Assembly: GCA_000092065.1 (NCBI GenBank)
Contig: CP000589.1
Length of the DNA stretch: 64,000 nt
Source: Ostreococcus lucimarinus
Taxonomy: Eukaryota
Reading direction: 5' to 3' (one strand)
The notes beneath the pieces are model-generated. The model saw only the letters and a program-made list of their open reading frames with translations. It did no database searches and was not told where the DNA came from. The position numbers and the translations under genes are program-made. Below are positions 10,599 through 20,300 of this stretch, in pieces; positions within the stretch are counted from its first letter, which is position 1; each line of letters opens with the position of its first letter.

Positions 10599-11876
10599 AT
10601 GCATCGCGCCCTCGCTCGAACTTCTCTGCGGGTATCGCGTCACGACTTAACGACATCAATCTCCAGTCCCGCGTCGCACGCGCGTCGTCGCGCGATGCCC
10701 GCGCTGTCGTCCCGAGCCGACGCCGACTCGAAATCTGTCCCCACCGGGTCGCGAGAGCCACACTTTCGGTTCGGTTTGCTCGCCGACATACAGTACTGCG
10801 ACGGCGACGACCGCAAAAACATCACCGGAACGCAAATGCGGAGGTACAGGAACACGCTGAACGTCGCGGAACGGGCGGTGGAGTATTTTAACACGCACGA
10901 GTGTGACTTTTTGGTGCACAACGGAGACATCACCGACCACCAGTGCGCGTTTGATTTCGCGAGCGATGATTTTAAGCCCATCGAGCGCGGAAGAGAGGAT
11001 TTAGGGGCGGTGATGCGGATATTGAGCCGAGCGAAGTGCGCGGAGTGGTTGTTCACGGTTGGGAATCACGAGCTGTATAATTTTACGCGAGAGGAGTTGC
11101 GCCAAGGCGTGGCGAGTCCTGGGAATTCGTTGAATTTGAAATGCTCGAACGCGGATGGGGAGTTTTATTACTCCTTCAAAGCCGGACCGGGATGGCGAGT
11201 GATGGTGCTGGATCCGTACGCGGTGAGTATTTATCGCAAAGGTCGCCAGCAAGGGCTGTGCGAGGAAGCGGTGGAGCTGTTGCGCAAGCACAACCCAAAC
11301 GTCGACTTGTTCGTCAAGGAAAATCCAGACGTGATAGAGACCGAACGCATGAGCGGGACTTTTCCGTACTTCAAAGACATCGAGGGGCTGGCTGGGCGAT
11401 GGGTGCCGTTTAACGGAGGATTGGGGAAAGAGCAAATCGCCTGGGCTCGCGAGACGATTCGCGCCGCGAGCGCCGCAGACGAAAAGGTATTAATCTTCTC
11501 TCACTTGCTCATCCACCCGCACTCCACGGCGAAAAGATCGGGCAAGACTTTGATGTGGGACTACGACGAAATTTTAGAAATTATCGAGGCCGAGGAAACG
11601 CGAGGGTGCGTGAAGTGCGTAGTCTCCGGCCACCAACACGAAGGCACAAAGTGGCAGTGCGAGAAAACGGGCGTGCATTACATCGGCATGGAGAGCCCGA
11701 TGCTAGCCATGGACGTGTCCCCGGGACCATTTGCCATCGTTGAAGTCTTCGATGATGAAATTGTATTCAAAGGGTACGGGCGAAACGAGGACTCGCTCTT
11801 ATTCCCTTTCGATCCAGAAGAACCACCGACGGAGCCGTTGTTGTGCAGTCTTCGTGTGAATTCGCATGATCCTTAG
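10599..11876 (+). CDS. calcineurin-like metallophosphoesterase, ADP-ribose/CDP-alcohol diphosphatase (ADPRM)-like
   Basis: FRFGLLADIQY...GDDRKN...HNGDITDH...GNHE motifs match Mn-dependent ADPRibase. The first in-frame ATG is at 10599, and an alternative ATG at 10695 (MPALSS) is possible. The N-terminus looks like a targeting peptide. Confidence 0.7.
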   Translation: MHRALARTSLRVSRHDLTTSISSPASHARRRAMPALSSRADADSKSVPTGSREPHFRFGLLADIQYCDGDDRKNITGTQMRRYRNTLNVAERAVEYFNTHECDFLVHNGDITDHQCAFDFASDDFKPIERGREDLGAVMRILSRAKCAEWLFTVGNHELYNFTREELRQGVASPGNSLNLKCSNADGEFYYSFKAGPGWRVMVLDPYAVSIYRKGRQQGLCEEAVELLRKHNPNVDLFVKENPDVIETERMSGTFPYFKDIEGLAGRWVPFNGGLGKEQIAWARETIRAASAADEKVLIFSHLLIHPHSTAKRSGKTLMWDYDEILEIIEAEETRGCVKCVVSGHQHEGTKWQCEKTGVHYIGMESPMLAMDVSPGPFAIVEVFDDEIVFKGYGRNEDSLLFPFDPEEPPTEPLLCSLRVNSHDP

Positions 11877-11879
11877 AGC

Positions 11880-11970
11880 GCCCATCACACCACGTGTTGT
11901 ATTACTTTTACAATCCTTGTTAGTCATATTCTGTCGCTTTGCGATCGTCGCGCGCTTTCATCGGACGAAA
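11880..11970 (-). promoter_or_regulatory. candidate SECIS element region in the MsrA 3' UTR (unverified fold)
   Basis: Minus-strand 3' UTR read 5'->3': ...ccgATGAaagcgcgcgacgatcgcAAAgcgacagaatATGActaacaaggattgtAAAagtaatacaacacgtggtgTGATggg. It contains the SECIS core elements (AUGA, unpaired AAA, UGAU) at plausible spacing. I could not verify the helices by eye. Confidence 0.3.
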
Positions 11971-12064
11971 TCTCAGACGCAATGGCGTCTTTTGCGATTT
12001 CGTCGTCACGCGCGCGCGGACGTCGCTGCGCGAAAACAAATCTACTACTTTGACGCGACGAAAA

Positions 12065-12673
12065 TCACCACCCGAAACGCGACACGCGCGGTTTATTGTA
12101 GTACTTTTGATGGTACTCTTCGGCATCCCACCACGGTGTCGCTAAAGAGACCTCCGGCGGGTAGATATCGGTGAAGAACTTTCGCTGCACTTGCTTCTCG
12201 CGCGCTTCCTTGGACGCCACCGCTTTTTCGTACTGCTCGGGCGTCTGCGCCCAAATAGCGCTCTTATACTGCGCTTTGCTTTCGTACGTGGGTTGATGCT
12301 CGCTCCAAAACTGTTCCAACAGCTTATCGAAGCTCGTCGTCGCCGCGTCGTACGCCACGTAATACCCCTCCGTGTGCCCGGTTCCTCCGGCACACACCGC
12401 TGAATACGTCGGGAAATCGCTCTCGCCTCCTGTGTACCCGACCCTGACGTTCTTCACGCCCTTGAGCGCGCTGAACGAGGCGTCGGGCCCCCAAAATCAC
12501 CCAGAGGCGAAGACGGCGAGTTGGCAATTTTCCGGGACGACGAAACCATCGCCGCGGTCGGTGCGCCGCGCGTCCTTGCTCGCGGGCATCGCGGCGAGCG
12601 CGCGGACGTTTCTTTTGTTCGCGGACGCGCGCGAGGGAGCGGCGACGCGCGCGGTCGCGACGGCAGCGCGCAT
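12065..12673 (-). CDS. MSRA: peptide methionine sulfoxide reductase A, selenocysteine-containing (in-frame TGA at 12497-12499 replaces catalytic Cys of GCFWG)
   Basis: Two same-frame ORF-track entries (12497..12934 ending ...ENCQLAVFASG, and 12065..12457) are separated only by TGA. Read-through gives AVFASG-U-FWGPDASFSALKGVKNVRVGYTGG...TGHTEGYYVAYD...EHQPTYESKAQYKSAIW, a textbook MsrA with Sec at the catalytic position. Start trimmed to ATG (MRAAVATARVAAP, presequence-like) at 12673. Total length 202 aa. Confidence 0.8.
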
Positions 12674-12845
12674 CGGGACGCGCGTCCCGGTGTGACGTGG
12701 CCGCACAGATTTCGACCGCGCGGGCGCGCGCGGTCGAAATCTGAGGCGCACACCGGCGCGACGCGACGCGCGCGCGAGACGAAAGCTAGAGATATGATGA
12801 GTAAAAATATTAATCTCGCGCGCGACGACGACGGCGAGCGCGCGA

Positions 12846-13400
12846 TCAGCGCAGGATGACCAGAGACCAATCCGGGAACTTTGCGTTCCAGTATCGAACG
12901 CCCATCTGCGCGAGCGTTCGCGAGTTATCGTCAAACTTCTTCCCCGCGTACGCCAAGCGCACGAGCCCCGGCATGACTCCAGTTTTATCCGCGATGAGCT
13001 TTTTCACCTCGTTCACGCGCGTGGTGTCCGAGACGTCGATCCAGAACGGCCCTCCGTACTCGCAGTCGACGTGCAGCATGCTCGTGACGAGCAGACGCAG
13101 CGTCTTCGGCGGCTTTCTCATCGCCGCCACTTTCGCGTCGATGAAGCTCCCGAGCGGAATCCCTTTCGCCACGGCCTCGGCTTTATCCTTCAAGTATTCC
13201 TCGCGCGTCGGATCGTACATGGGCGTCCACTCCGAGCTCACCCCTCCCTCCCCGCGCGTCGCCGGCGCGTACCTCTCATCCTCCTCGTACCACGGGTACC
13301 CACCGTTCGGCGGGATCGTCGCCGTCGCCCCCGACCCCCCGGTCCCGGGCGCGTTGTTATACTTTGAAAACGCGAGGTCCGAGCTTCGATACGTCGGCAT
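12846..13400 (-). CDS. ubiquitin-like domain protein
   Basis: 184-aa ORF with verified ATG. The C-terminal ~75 aa (LRLLVTSMLHVDCEYGGPFWIDVSDTTRVNEVKKLIADKTGVMPGLVRLAYAGKKFDDNSRTLAQMGV) has a beta-grasp/ubiquitin-like pattern. Confidence 0.5.
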   Translation of the reverse strand: MPTYRSSDLAFSKYNNAPGTGGSGATATIPPNGGYPWYEEDERYAPATRGEGGVSSEWTPMYDPTREEYLKDKAEAVAKGIPLGSFIDAKVAAMRKPPKTLRLLVTSMLHVDCEYGGPFWIDVSDTTRVNEVKKLIADKTGVMPGLVRLAYAGKKFDDNSRTLAQMGVRYWNAKFPDWSLVILR

Positions 13401-13581
13401 CGCGTCCGTCCGCGTCGTCCTGTGCCGTTTTTCGCGGCCGTTTTTCTCGAGAGATCCAAACCGTTTTTTATCTGACGCGACCGCGCGAGGCGACGTCGCG
13501 CGAGTGGATAAGGCGCCTCACCGCGCCGCGCGCGCGCGCGACGCGCGCGGAGGCGCCGAAAAGCTAGGACCGCGCTCGAGA

Positions 13582-14628
13582 ATGACGCGCGCGTCGATCT
13601 GTCGCGCGGTGCCCGCGCGCGCCGCGCGCGCGGCGCCGCGCGCGCGCGCGAACGCGCGACGTGCGGGACGCATCGCGACGACGACGCGCGCGGCGTCGAC
13701 GACGGACTTCCCGAGCTTCTTCCCGCCCGAAGTGCGCGAACTCGAGGAACCGGCGGCGATCGCGATGGCGCGGCGGTGCCGATCGGTGTCGGTGGACGTC
13801 CCGGGGCGGGCGAAGGCGGTGCTGACGTCGTGCGCGGGCGACGCGGGGCCGGCGGGGAGCGACGCGGCGCCGTTCGTGCTGCTGCACGGATTCGATTCGT
13901 CGTGTTTGGAGTACAGAAGGTTGTTTCCGAAGCTCGCGGCGAAGGCGGAGACGTGGGCGGTCGATTTGTTGGGCTGGGGGTTCACGGACGCGCAGGATGG
14001 AGGGATCGGGGATTACTCGCCCGAGGCGAAGCGAGCGCACTTGTACGCGTTTTGGAAGGCGAACGTCGGGCGGCCGATGGTGCTGTGCGGTGCCTCGCTC
14101 GGGGGAGCCGCGGCGATAGATTTCGCGACGAATCATCCGGAGGCGGTCGAGAAGCTCGTGTTGATCGACGCGCAAGGTTTCATCGAAGGTCTCGGGCCGA
14201 TGGGCGCGTTGCCGCGGCCGGTGGCGAAGATGGGCGTGAACATTTTGCGCACGACGGCTTTGCGCAACGCGGCGAATCAAATGGCGTATTACGACAAAGC
14301 GACGTTCGCTACCGATGATGCGCTTCGCGTCGGGCGCTTGCACACGTTTGCGCCGCAGTGGTGCGACGCGACTTTGTCGTTCATGCAATCCGGCGGGTTC
14401 AAGGTGAGAAACTCCATCGCGAAGGTGCCGATGGAGACGCTCGTGTTGTGGGGTCGTGAAGACAAAATCTTGGAGCCCAGCTATGCTGAAAAGTTCATGA
14501 AGGAGCTACCGAACGCACGATTGGTGTGGGTCGAAAAGTGCGGGCACGTCGCGCACTTGGAGCAACCCGAGTTCATGTGCCAGACGCTTTGGGATTTCGC
14601 GGGAAAGACGAGCGCGGCGACGGCGTAG
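13582..14628 (+). CDS. alpha/beta-hydrolase fold protein with N-terminal transit-like peptide
   Basis: ORF 12856..14628 trimmed to ATG 13582 (the upstream part overlaps the Ubl gene). It has the HGFDSS oxyanion region and GASLGG nucleophile elbow (GxSxG), with a C-terminal His region (CGHVAHLEQPE). Confidence 0.8.
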   Translation: MTRASICRAVPARAARAAPRARANARRAGRIATTTRAASTTDFPSFFPPEVRELEEPAAIAMARRCRSVSVDVPGRAKAVLTSCAGDAGPAGSDAAPFVLLHGFDSSCLEYRRLFPKLAAKAETWAVDLLGWGFTDAQDGGIGDYSPEAKRAHLYAFWKANVGRPMVLCGASLGGAAAIDFATNHPEAVEKLVLIDAQGFIEGLGPMGALPRPVAKMGVNILRTTALRNAANQMAYYDKATFATDDALRVGRLHTFAPQWCDATLSFMQSGGFKVRNSIAKVPMETLVLWGREDKILEPSYAEKFMKELPNARLVWVEKCGHVAHLEQPEFMCQTLWDFAGKTSAATA

Positions 14629-14716
14629 AACTGAAATTTCCATAAATTGCGTTGAAATATATATTGCATCAGATCGTTAGTGCATAAACGCTTTTCTTAT
14701 TCGAATTAAAGTCGAA

Positions 14717-15838
14717 TTAAACGACTTGCAACGGCATCGTCGTTTGCGGCTCGCCGACGAGGATAAAGCTCACGGTGTATACCGGAGCGGCGCCGATCGG
14801 CACTTGCAGCGCGCCTCCAAACATCGACATTCCGGGCATTGCGTACATTTTCCCCAGGAAAACGCCCGGGTAAATCGGTCGCAACTCATCGCGGAAGTAC
14901 GTAAAGTCGTGATTGAACGAGCTGTAATCGACGACGACAGCGTTCGTGCCCGGCTGAAAGTTGGAAGAACTGATTTCGGCTCGGCCCGGGTAGAGTTCGA
15001 TTGGCTCCGCCAGTCGTGGGAAGACGCTGTTCAGTAAGGTGCCGTAATTCAACTGAATCAGATTCCTTACTGACGCAGGATCGATTTGATCAAAGACTTT
15101 GCCGCGCCAGCTGTCGAAATTGAATGTTCTACGAACGCCGTACGCGCGGGCGATCGCTTCGTACGTCCCGGTACCGAGGATACACCCCTCGTAGCGACCT
15201 CGAGGAATTTCTGTGCCGGAAAAGTCCGCGGCTTGCCAGTACGCGTCGTCCATCGCCGTGTCGTCGAGATTCGCGCGCAAGAAATCAGAGCCACACACAT
15301 CGTTTTCGACAAATTTACTCACGTTCAACGGGTTGTATCCAAACTGGCCGTCGTCATCGACGTACGAATATAGATTTTGGGCAAAGGTTGAGTTCCAGCT
15401 CGTCGGCGCGAGCGCCGCTCTCGCGCTTTCATCTGACTGGCGCTCGACCGTGGCTGTCAAATTGAACCGCAAGAGCTCAGAAAAGAAAAAAGTCGTGGCG
15501 CGATTCACCACGCGCTCGACGAACGTCGTCGGCCCGAAGAGGGTGTTATCGGTCGCAAAGTCCAGAAAGTAATCTAGCACGGGCGTCGACGTTTCCTCGC
15601 CGCTTTGTCGCGCGAGAATCCAATCCAACACTGGCGTCGCAGTTTCCTCACCGCTTTGTCGCGCGAGAATCCAATCCAACACTGGTGTACCGTCGCCCTG
15701 AGATCCCAAGAGCTTTCGTCGAGCGATCGCGCTGGTGTACTCCGAATCCGACGTCCGGTCGTCGAGCGTCCTCGCGCTCGCCGCTGTCGCGCAGCCCAGC
15801 GCCGCCAAAACCAGCAGCGCCGTCCCCGCCTTCTTCAT
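14717..15838 (-). CDS. secreted hypothetical protein with internal 17-aa tandem duplication
   Basis: In-frame ATG gives MKKAGTALLVLAALGCATAASA, a signal peptide. TPVLDWILARQSGEET is repeated twice, encoded by a 51-bp DNA tandem duplication. There are several NxS/T sites. Confidence 0.55.
   Translation of the reverse strand: MKKAGTALLVLAALGCATAASARTLDDRTSDSEYTSAIARRKLLGSQGDGTPVLDWILARQSGEETATPVLDWILARQSGEETSTPVLDYFLDFATDNTLFGPTTFVERVVNRATTFFFSELLRFNLTATVERQSDESARAALAPTSWNSTFAQNLYSYVDDDGQFGYNPLNVSKFVENDVCGSDFLRANLDDTAMDDAYWQAADFSGTEIPRGRYEGCILGTGTYEAIARAYGVRRTFNFDSWRGKVFDQIDPASVRNLIQLNYGTLLNSVFPRLAEPIELYPGRAEISSSNFQPGTNAVVVDYSSFNHDFTYFRDELRPIYPGVFLGKMYAMPGMSMFGGALQVPIGAAPVYTVSFILVGEPQTTMPLQVV
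15591..15692. repeat. 51-bp perfect-ish tandem duplication (x2) inside the CDS of the secreted protein
   Basis: gtttcctcgccgctttgtcgcgcgagaatccaatccaacactggcgtcgca is followed immediately by a near-identical copy (3-4 mismatches). Confidence 0.85.
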
Positions 15839-16071
15839 CGCACATCGCGCGCCCTTCACGAACCGCACGTTCACGAAGAATTTTCGCGTCATTTTCCGTC
15901 GCGTTCGTCTCGCGTTCGTCGTGCGCGTCGCGTAATGCCGCCGCCTCGAAACGCTCAATGTGACGGTTAAAATCCATTCGCCTCGAAACGCGCGACTTCG
16001 CGCCTCGAAACCATCGACGGTGGCGTCGCGCGTCCGAGTCGACGCGCGGCGCGCGAGCGCATTCGCACTCC

Positions 16072-17103
16072 ATGTCCGCGTCGCCCGCGTCGCTCGTCGC
16101 TCTCGCGCGTCGCGTCGCGCAGTGGCGCGCCGTCGACGATGACGCGCGTGGCGGCGGCGTCGTCGCGCGCGCGAATCCCAAGGCGTCGCGCCGCGCGCGC
16201 CAGCGGAGAGAACCGAACGAAAGCCACCCCAAACGCAAGTACACGATCGAGGAGCGTTTGAAGCACAAGGGCGTGGACGTCGAGCGGGCGCGGATGGGCG
16301 GCGCGCGGGACCGGGACGACGCCGGCGGCGGGGCGGCGTCGAGCGCGGCGGTTTCGACGAGTGGAGACGTCCCGAAGGGCGAAGACGTGTGCGAACGCGT
16401 GGCGGAGTTGGCGTTCAGGCAAGACGCCGAGGGGTGGCCGGCGCAAAAGACGGAGGCGTGGGCGTTCGCGCGGGCGAGCGCGTTGACGGCGAGCGACGTC
16501 GGGCGAGTGTTGAGCGGCGACGGCGCGAAAGTCTTGATGCGCAAACAGCGCACGCGAGCCGCGGAGCAGGCGTTAGAGCGCGACCGTGCGACTTCGGCTT
16601 TGGTGCGAGAGGTAACAGAGGCGCCGGTGGCGACGGGGTCGTCGAAAAAGGAAAGGAAAGGGAAGGGCGGAGGTACGTCTCCCGCGATTCGACACGGTAA
16701 CGAATTTGAATCCGAAGCCTTGGCGCACTACGAAGCCGTATTGGGGACAAAGTGCCTGGAATTCGGACTCAAAATACATGACGTGCACTACTGGCTCGGC
16801 GCTTCGCCCGATGGCGTGCATCCCAGCGGTCGCATCGTCGAGATAAAATGTCCGTACTCTCGACCAATCATCGCGCGTCGGCGCGCGATGGAGCACTATG
16901 CCCAAATTCAAACCTTGTTGGAAGTCTTCGACCTCGATTATTGCGACTTTGTGCAGTACAAGCCCGCGGGACGCGGCAAAGGCCGTTCGGGCGACCCTGA
17001 CGCTCCGGAATTCCTCTGCGAAACCATCGCTCGAGACGCCGAGTGGTGGTCGACGCACTTCGACGAGCTCCAAACTTTCGCCGCGAGCCTTCCTTCGCCC
17101 TAG
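16072..17103 (+). CDS. YqaJ-like (lambda-exonuclease/PD-(D/E)xK) recombination exonuclease domain protein
   Basis: ATG verified. QKTEAWAFARASALTASDVGRVL ... GASPDGVHPSGRIVEIKCPYSR is the canonical YqaJ motif set (TE(E)W..R.G.ITAS; G.SPDG; EIKCP). Confidence 0.7.
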   Translation: MSASPASLVALARRVAQWRAVDDDARGGGVVARANPKASRRARQRREPNESHPKRKYTIEERLKHKGVDVERARMGGARDRDDAGGGAASSAAVSTSGDVPKGEDVCERVAELAFRQDAEGWPAQKTEAWAFARASALTASDVGRVLSGDGAKVLMRKQRTRAAEQALERDRATSALVREVTEAPVATGSSKKERKGKGGGTSPAIRHGNEFESEALAHYEAVLGTKCLEFGLKIHDVHYWLGASPDGVHPSGRIVEIKCPYSRPIIARRRAMEHYAQIQTLLEVFDLDYCDFVQYKPAGRGKGRSGDPDAPEFLCETIARDAEWWSTHFDELQTFAASLPSP

Positions 17104-17302
17104 CGCGCTGTGCACGCATGTAAACATTTATTGGTTTCTCGCCGCACTCCGGACGTCGAGCGCGCTCGTCGACGCGCGCGCATTCATCCGCGCGTCGTCG
17201 CGCGCGCAAAAATTTGAAATTTCCCACAGCTCGAGCCGTCCCGTCGTGCCCATCGCGCCGTCGCCAAACCGCGCCTCGCGCCCGGGGCGTCATCCGCTCG
17301 CC

Positions 17303-20300
17303 ATGGATTGGGCGTGTCTAAACGACGCCTCGCAACCCCCCGACGACGTCGAACGCCTCGCGCGTCGCACGGCGGAGGCGGAAGAGTCGCGATTGATTTC
17401 CTCGTACGAACACGCCGTGCGGAGAGCCGCGTCCGGAAACGCGCACGAAGCGATCGAGAGCCTGCGCGCGGTGCTCGCGCACGCGCTGACGAATCGCGAG
17501 GACGTCTCCGCGCGATTGCTCCGGGTGAAGTTTCTGTCGCTGAAAAATCTCGGGCGATTGCTGGATGAACGCGGGACGGCGGCGAGCGAAGACGACGAGG
17601 CGGCGCGAACGGATCGAGAGGAGGCGGTGCGGTGCTACGCGAGCGCGGTAGAGATAGACGACACGGATGCGTTGGTGTGGGGAAGATTGGGACGCGCGGC
17701 GGTGGCGGTGGGCTCGATGGCGGTGGCGAGGATGGCTTACGAGAGAGCGGTGAGCGCGAGCCCGCGGAATCAGCTGTTTTTGGAAGACTTGAGCGAAGTG
17801 TGCCTGAGCGCGGGGGATTTTGAAACAGCCAAGGCGTTGGCCGGGGCGGTGATGGAGATTGACCCTGGAAATGCGCGCGCGCGAGCGATGAAACGCGCGC
17901 CGGAGGCGCTGGAACCGACTCGGGCGATGAAGGTGGCGAGAGAAAGAGCGGCGTCGGCGGCGTCGACGAGGGATGAGGGAGAAATCGCGATTCGGTTGAG
18001 CGCGGACATGGACAAGAATTGGGGGGTGATAACCGCATTATTAGCGCGCCTCGGTGGTGCTCCGACTCCGGAATCGATCACGAGGAGCGGCAAAGCGAAG
18101 GATGCCGCTGAGCCCGAGACGCCCGCTGAGGCGGAGAATGCCGACGCACCGGCTACACCGACGCAGTCAAAAGAGGTGGACGTGGTGCCAGGATCGGCAA
18201 CGGCAGACGACGAGGATGTTTCGGAAGATGATGTGATTTCTTCTTCATTCGCAAAGTATATGCGCCACGTGCGAGACGTCCACATCCCGAGAGATGTGAT
18301 AGGGAGAAAGGTTCGATTCGTGTTTGATTCGCCGTCTTCGATGCCGATGGAATTAGGAACGACTGATGTCGTCGATCTGACGGACAAAGACGTTTTGACA
18401 CAACCATCTGTGGACACGCCATCTACATCCCAGCCGGTGAGCGAAGTGAGTGCAAGCCAAGCCAACAAAACGCCCTCCAAGGCGGCTGCAAAGGCCAAGG
18501 CGGCTGCAAAGGCGCAGAAAGATGTCGCTACAATTCGGAAATCGCGACGTCAACTGGAATTAGACGAGAAAAAAGCGCTCGAAGACGAAAAGATGCGCAT
18601 TATCGCCGAACAGGAAGCCATTCAAAAAGCGCTAGAAAAGGAGGAGAAGAGAAAAGCTGCCGAGGCAAAGGAATGGAAACCGGAATCGAACATCTCTCGC
18701 GCTCTGTTGAATTTGATAGGCGCTGAAGACCCAGTCGTGTCAGCGGTAAAAAAAGCAACTACCGACGTCGCGGGTGCCAGAGATCGTGCGAATACCATCA
18801 AAAAGCAACATCAGAGAGAATTGAAGGAGGCAGCTGCGAAGAGGGCGAAAGAGGAGCGTGAAATGAAGACGCATAAGCGAGTTTCTTCATTCGTTAACGC
18901 CATTGACGATGTGCATGCAGGCGCCGCGCACATCGCTTGGCGATTCTTATCTACAACAGCTGCTCGCTGGCGACCGGACACTGAAGATGATTGCTCGCCA
19001 CCTCCTTGGTCGATCATTTACCTGTATCACATCTTTGGCGTTGGACAGGGAGACGAGCTCGCGCCCGTGGCGCGAATATTGTTGTGCATCGCTGACACCG
19101 CAATTCTTGCGGCGCGCGAATGTGCGCTTGGACATCCGGGGCGCACGTACTTCAGAAACATGGCAGTCGGGTTGTTAGACGAGGTATCTTTAGTGATGAA
19201 CCGTGATCCGAAACAAGACTTTCACGCAGAGAGCCTGTTCTTACGTCATAAGCTTGTGGATCTAGATGGCGAAGATCGAAGTGTGAGCATGTTCTACCTT
19301 GAACGGGCGCAAGAAGTTGCTCCGGATGATGCAGATCTCCCGCCGGCACCTGCCTCAATCGAAGATGCCGCACCCGCACGTTTCAGTAAGCAGTCATTAC
19401 GTGCCGCGATGGACGCAATGAAGGTGAAGGAAGTTGTCATTGGCGCCGCGGCGAGATTTGCCAAGGGGCAGACTACCGAAGTAGTATCAACGTTGACACC
19501 TCTACTCTTACCCGATGAAGATCAGGAAGAATCGACCGATAATTTGGACGCGCTTTGCTTGACGCAATCAGAAAAGCAAAATGCACTTAAGGTGCTCGCG
19601 GCGGCGGCGAAAAGGCAAGGTCCATCGTGTGTCGTTATTCAGATAAAAGCTCTCAAGATGGCTTACGACTTGGACGTAACGAAACATCACTCGATGCTGA
19701 GACTCATCGCTGAGGCACTGGAATCCACCGACCGCGCACACACAAAGCAAGCGCTCGAAGTCGTTGAATCTATGGGATTAGCGGCGATCGCGGCGTCGCT
19801 GTTTGAGGCGCATTACACCGAGTTCGCGATGGCACCTGGAGTGAAGAAGAAAAACAAAGCTTCGCGTTATGCTGCCGCAAGCTTGGAGGCTTCAGCACTA
19901 CTAATCTCCGCTATCCAGCGAGCTTCAAAGCCAAAAGATTTGGAACTCATTGAGTTGCATGAGAAACTTCATGATCGCCTCGCGGACTGTCGATGCTGTT
20001 GCGGCGACTATCGGAAAGGAGTGTTTCTGAAGTCGTCTCTTGTCCAGTTGGCCAAATGCAGAAATCGTATTACAAAGGCGCGAGATCAACGACACGCTAC
20101 TGAACCCACAAAAAAGCGGACAACGAAAGTCACCATCGAAAACCGTAGCAAGGACACTTCCGATAAGGTGAAAAGGAAAAAGAAGGTGGATGCGGATGAT
20201 GAGGGTGAATTCCGCCGACGTGTGCGTCGTCAGCGTAGCAGCATCAGTAGCATCGAAGACGACGATAGAACACCGCAAGACAAGGCTGATCGTAAACTTC

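Noticed and set aside
15648-16553. 301-aa minus ORF overlapping the YqaJ-like gene and the divergent promoter
   Set aside because: Low-complexity Ala/Arg/Ser translation. Overlaps a motif-bearing gene on the opposite strand and crosses a region better explained as intergenic between two ATG-initiated genes.
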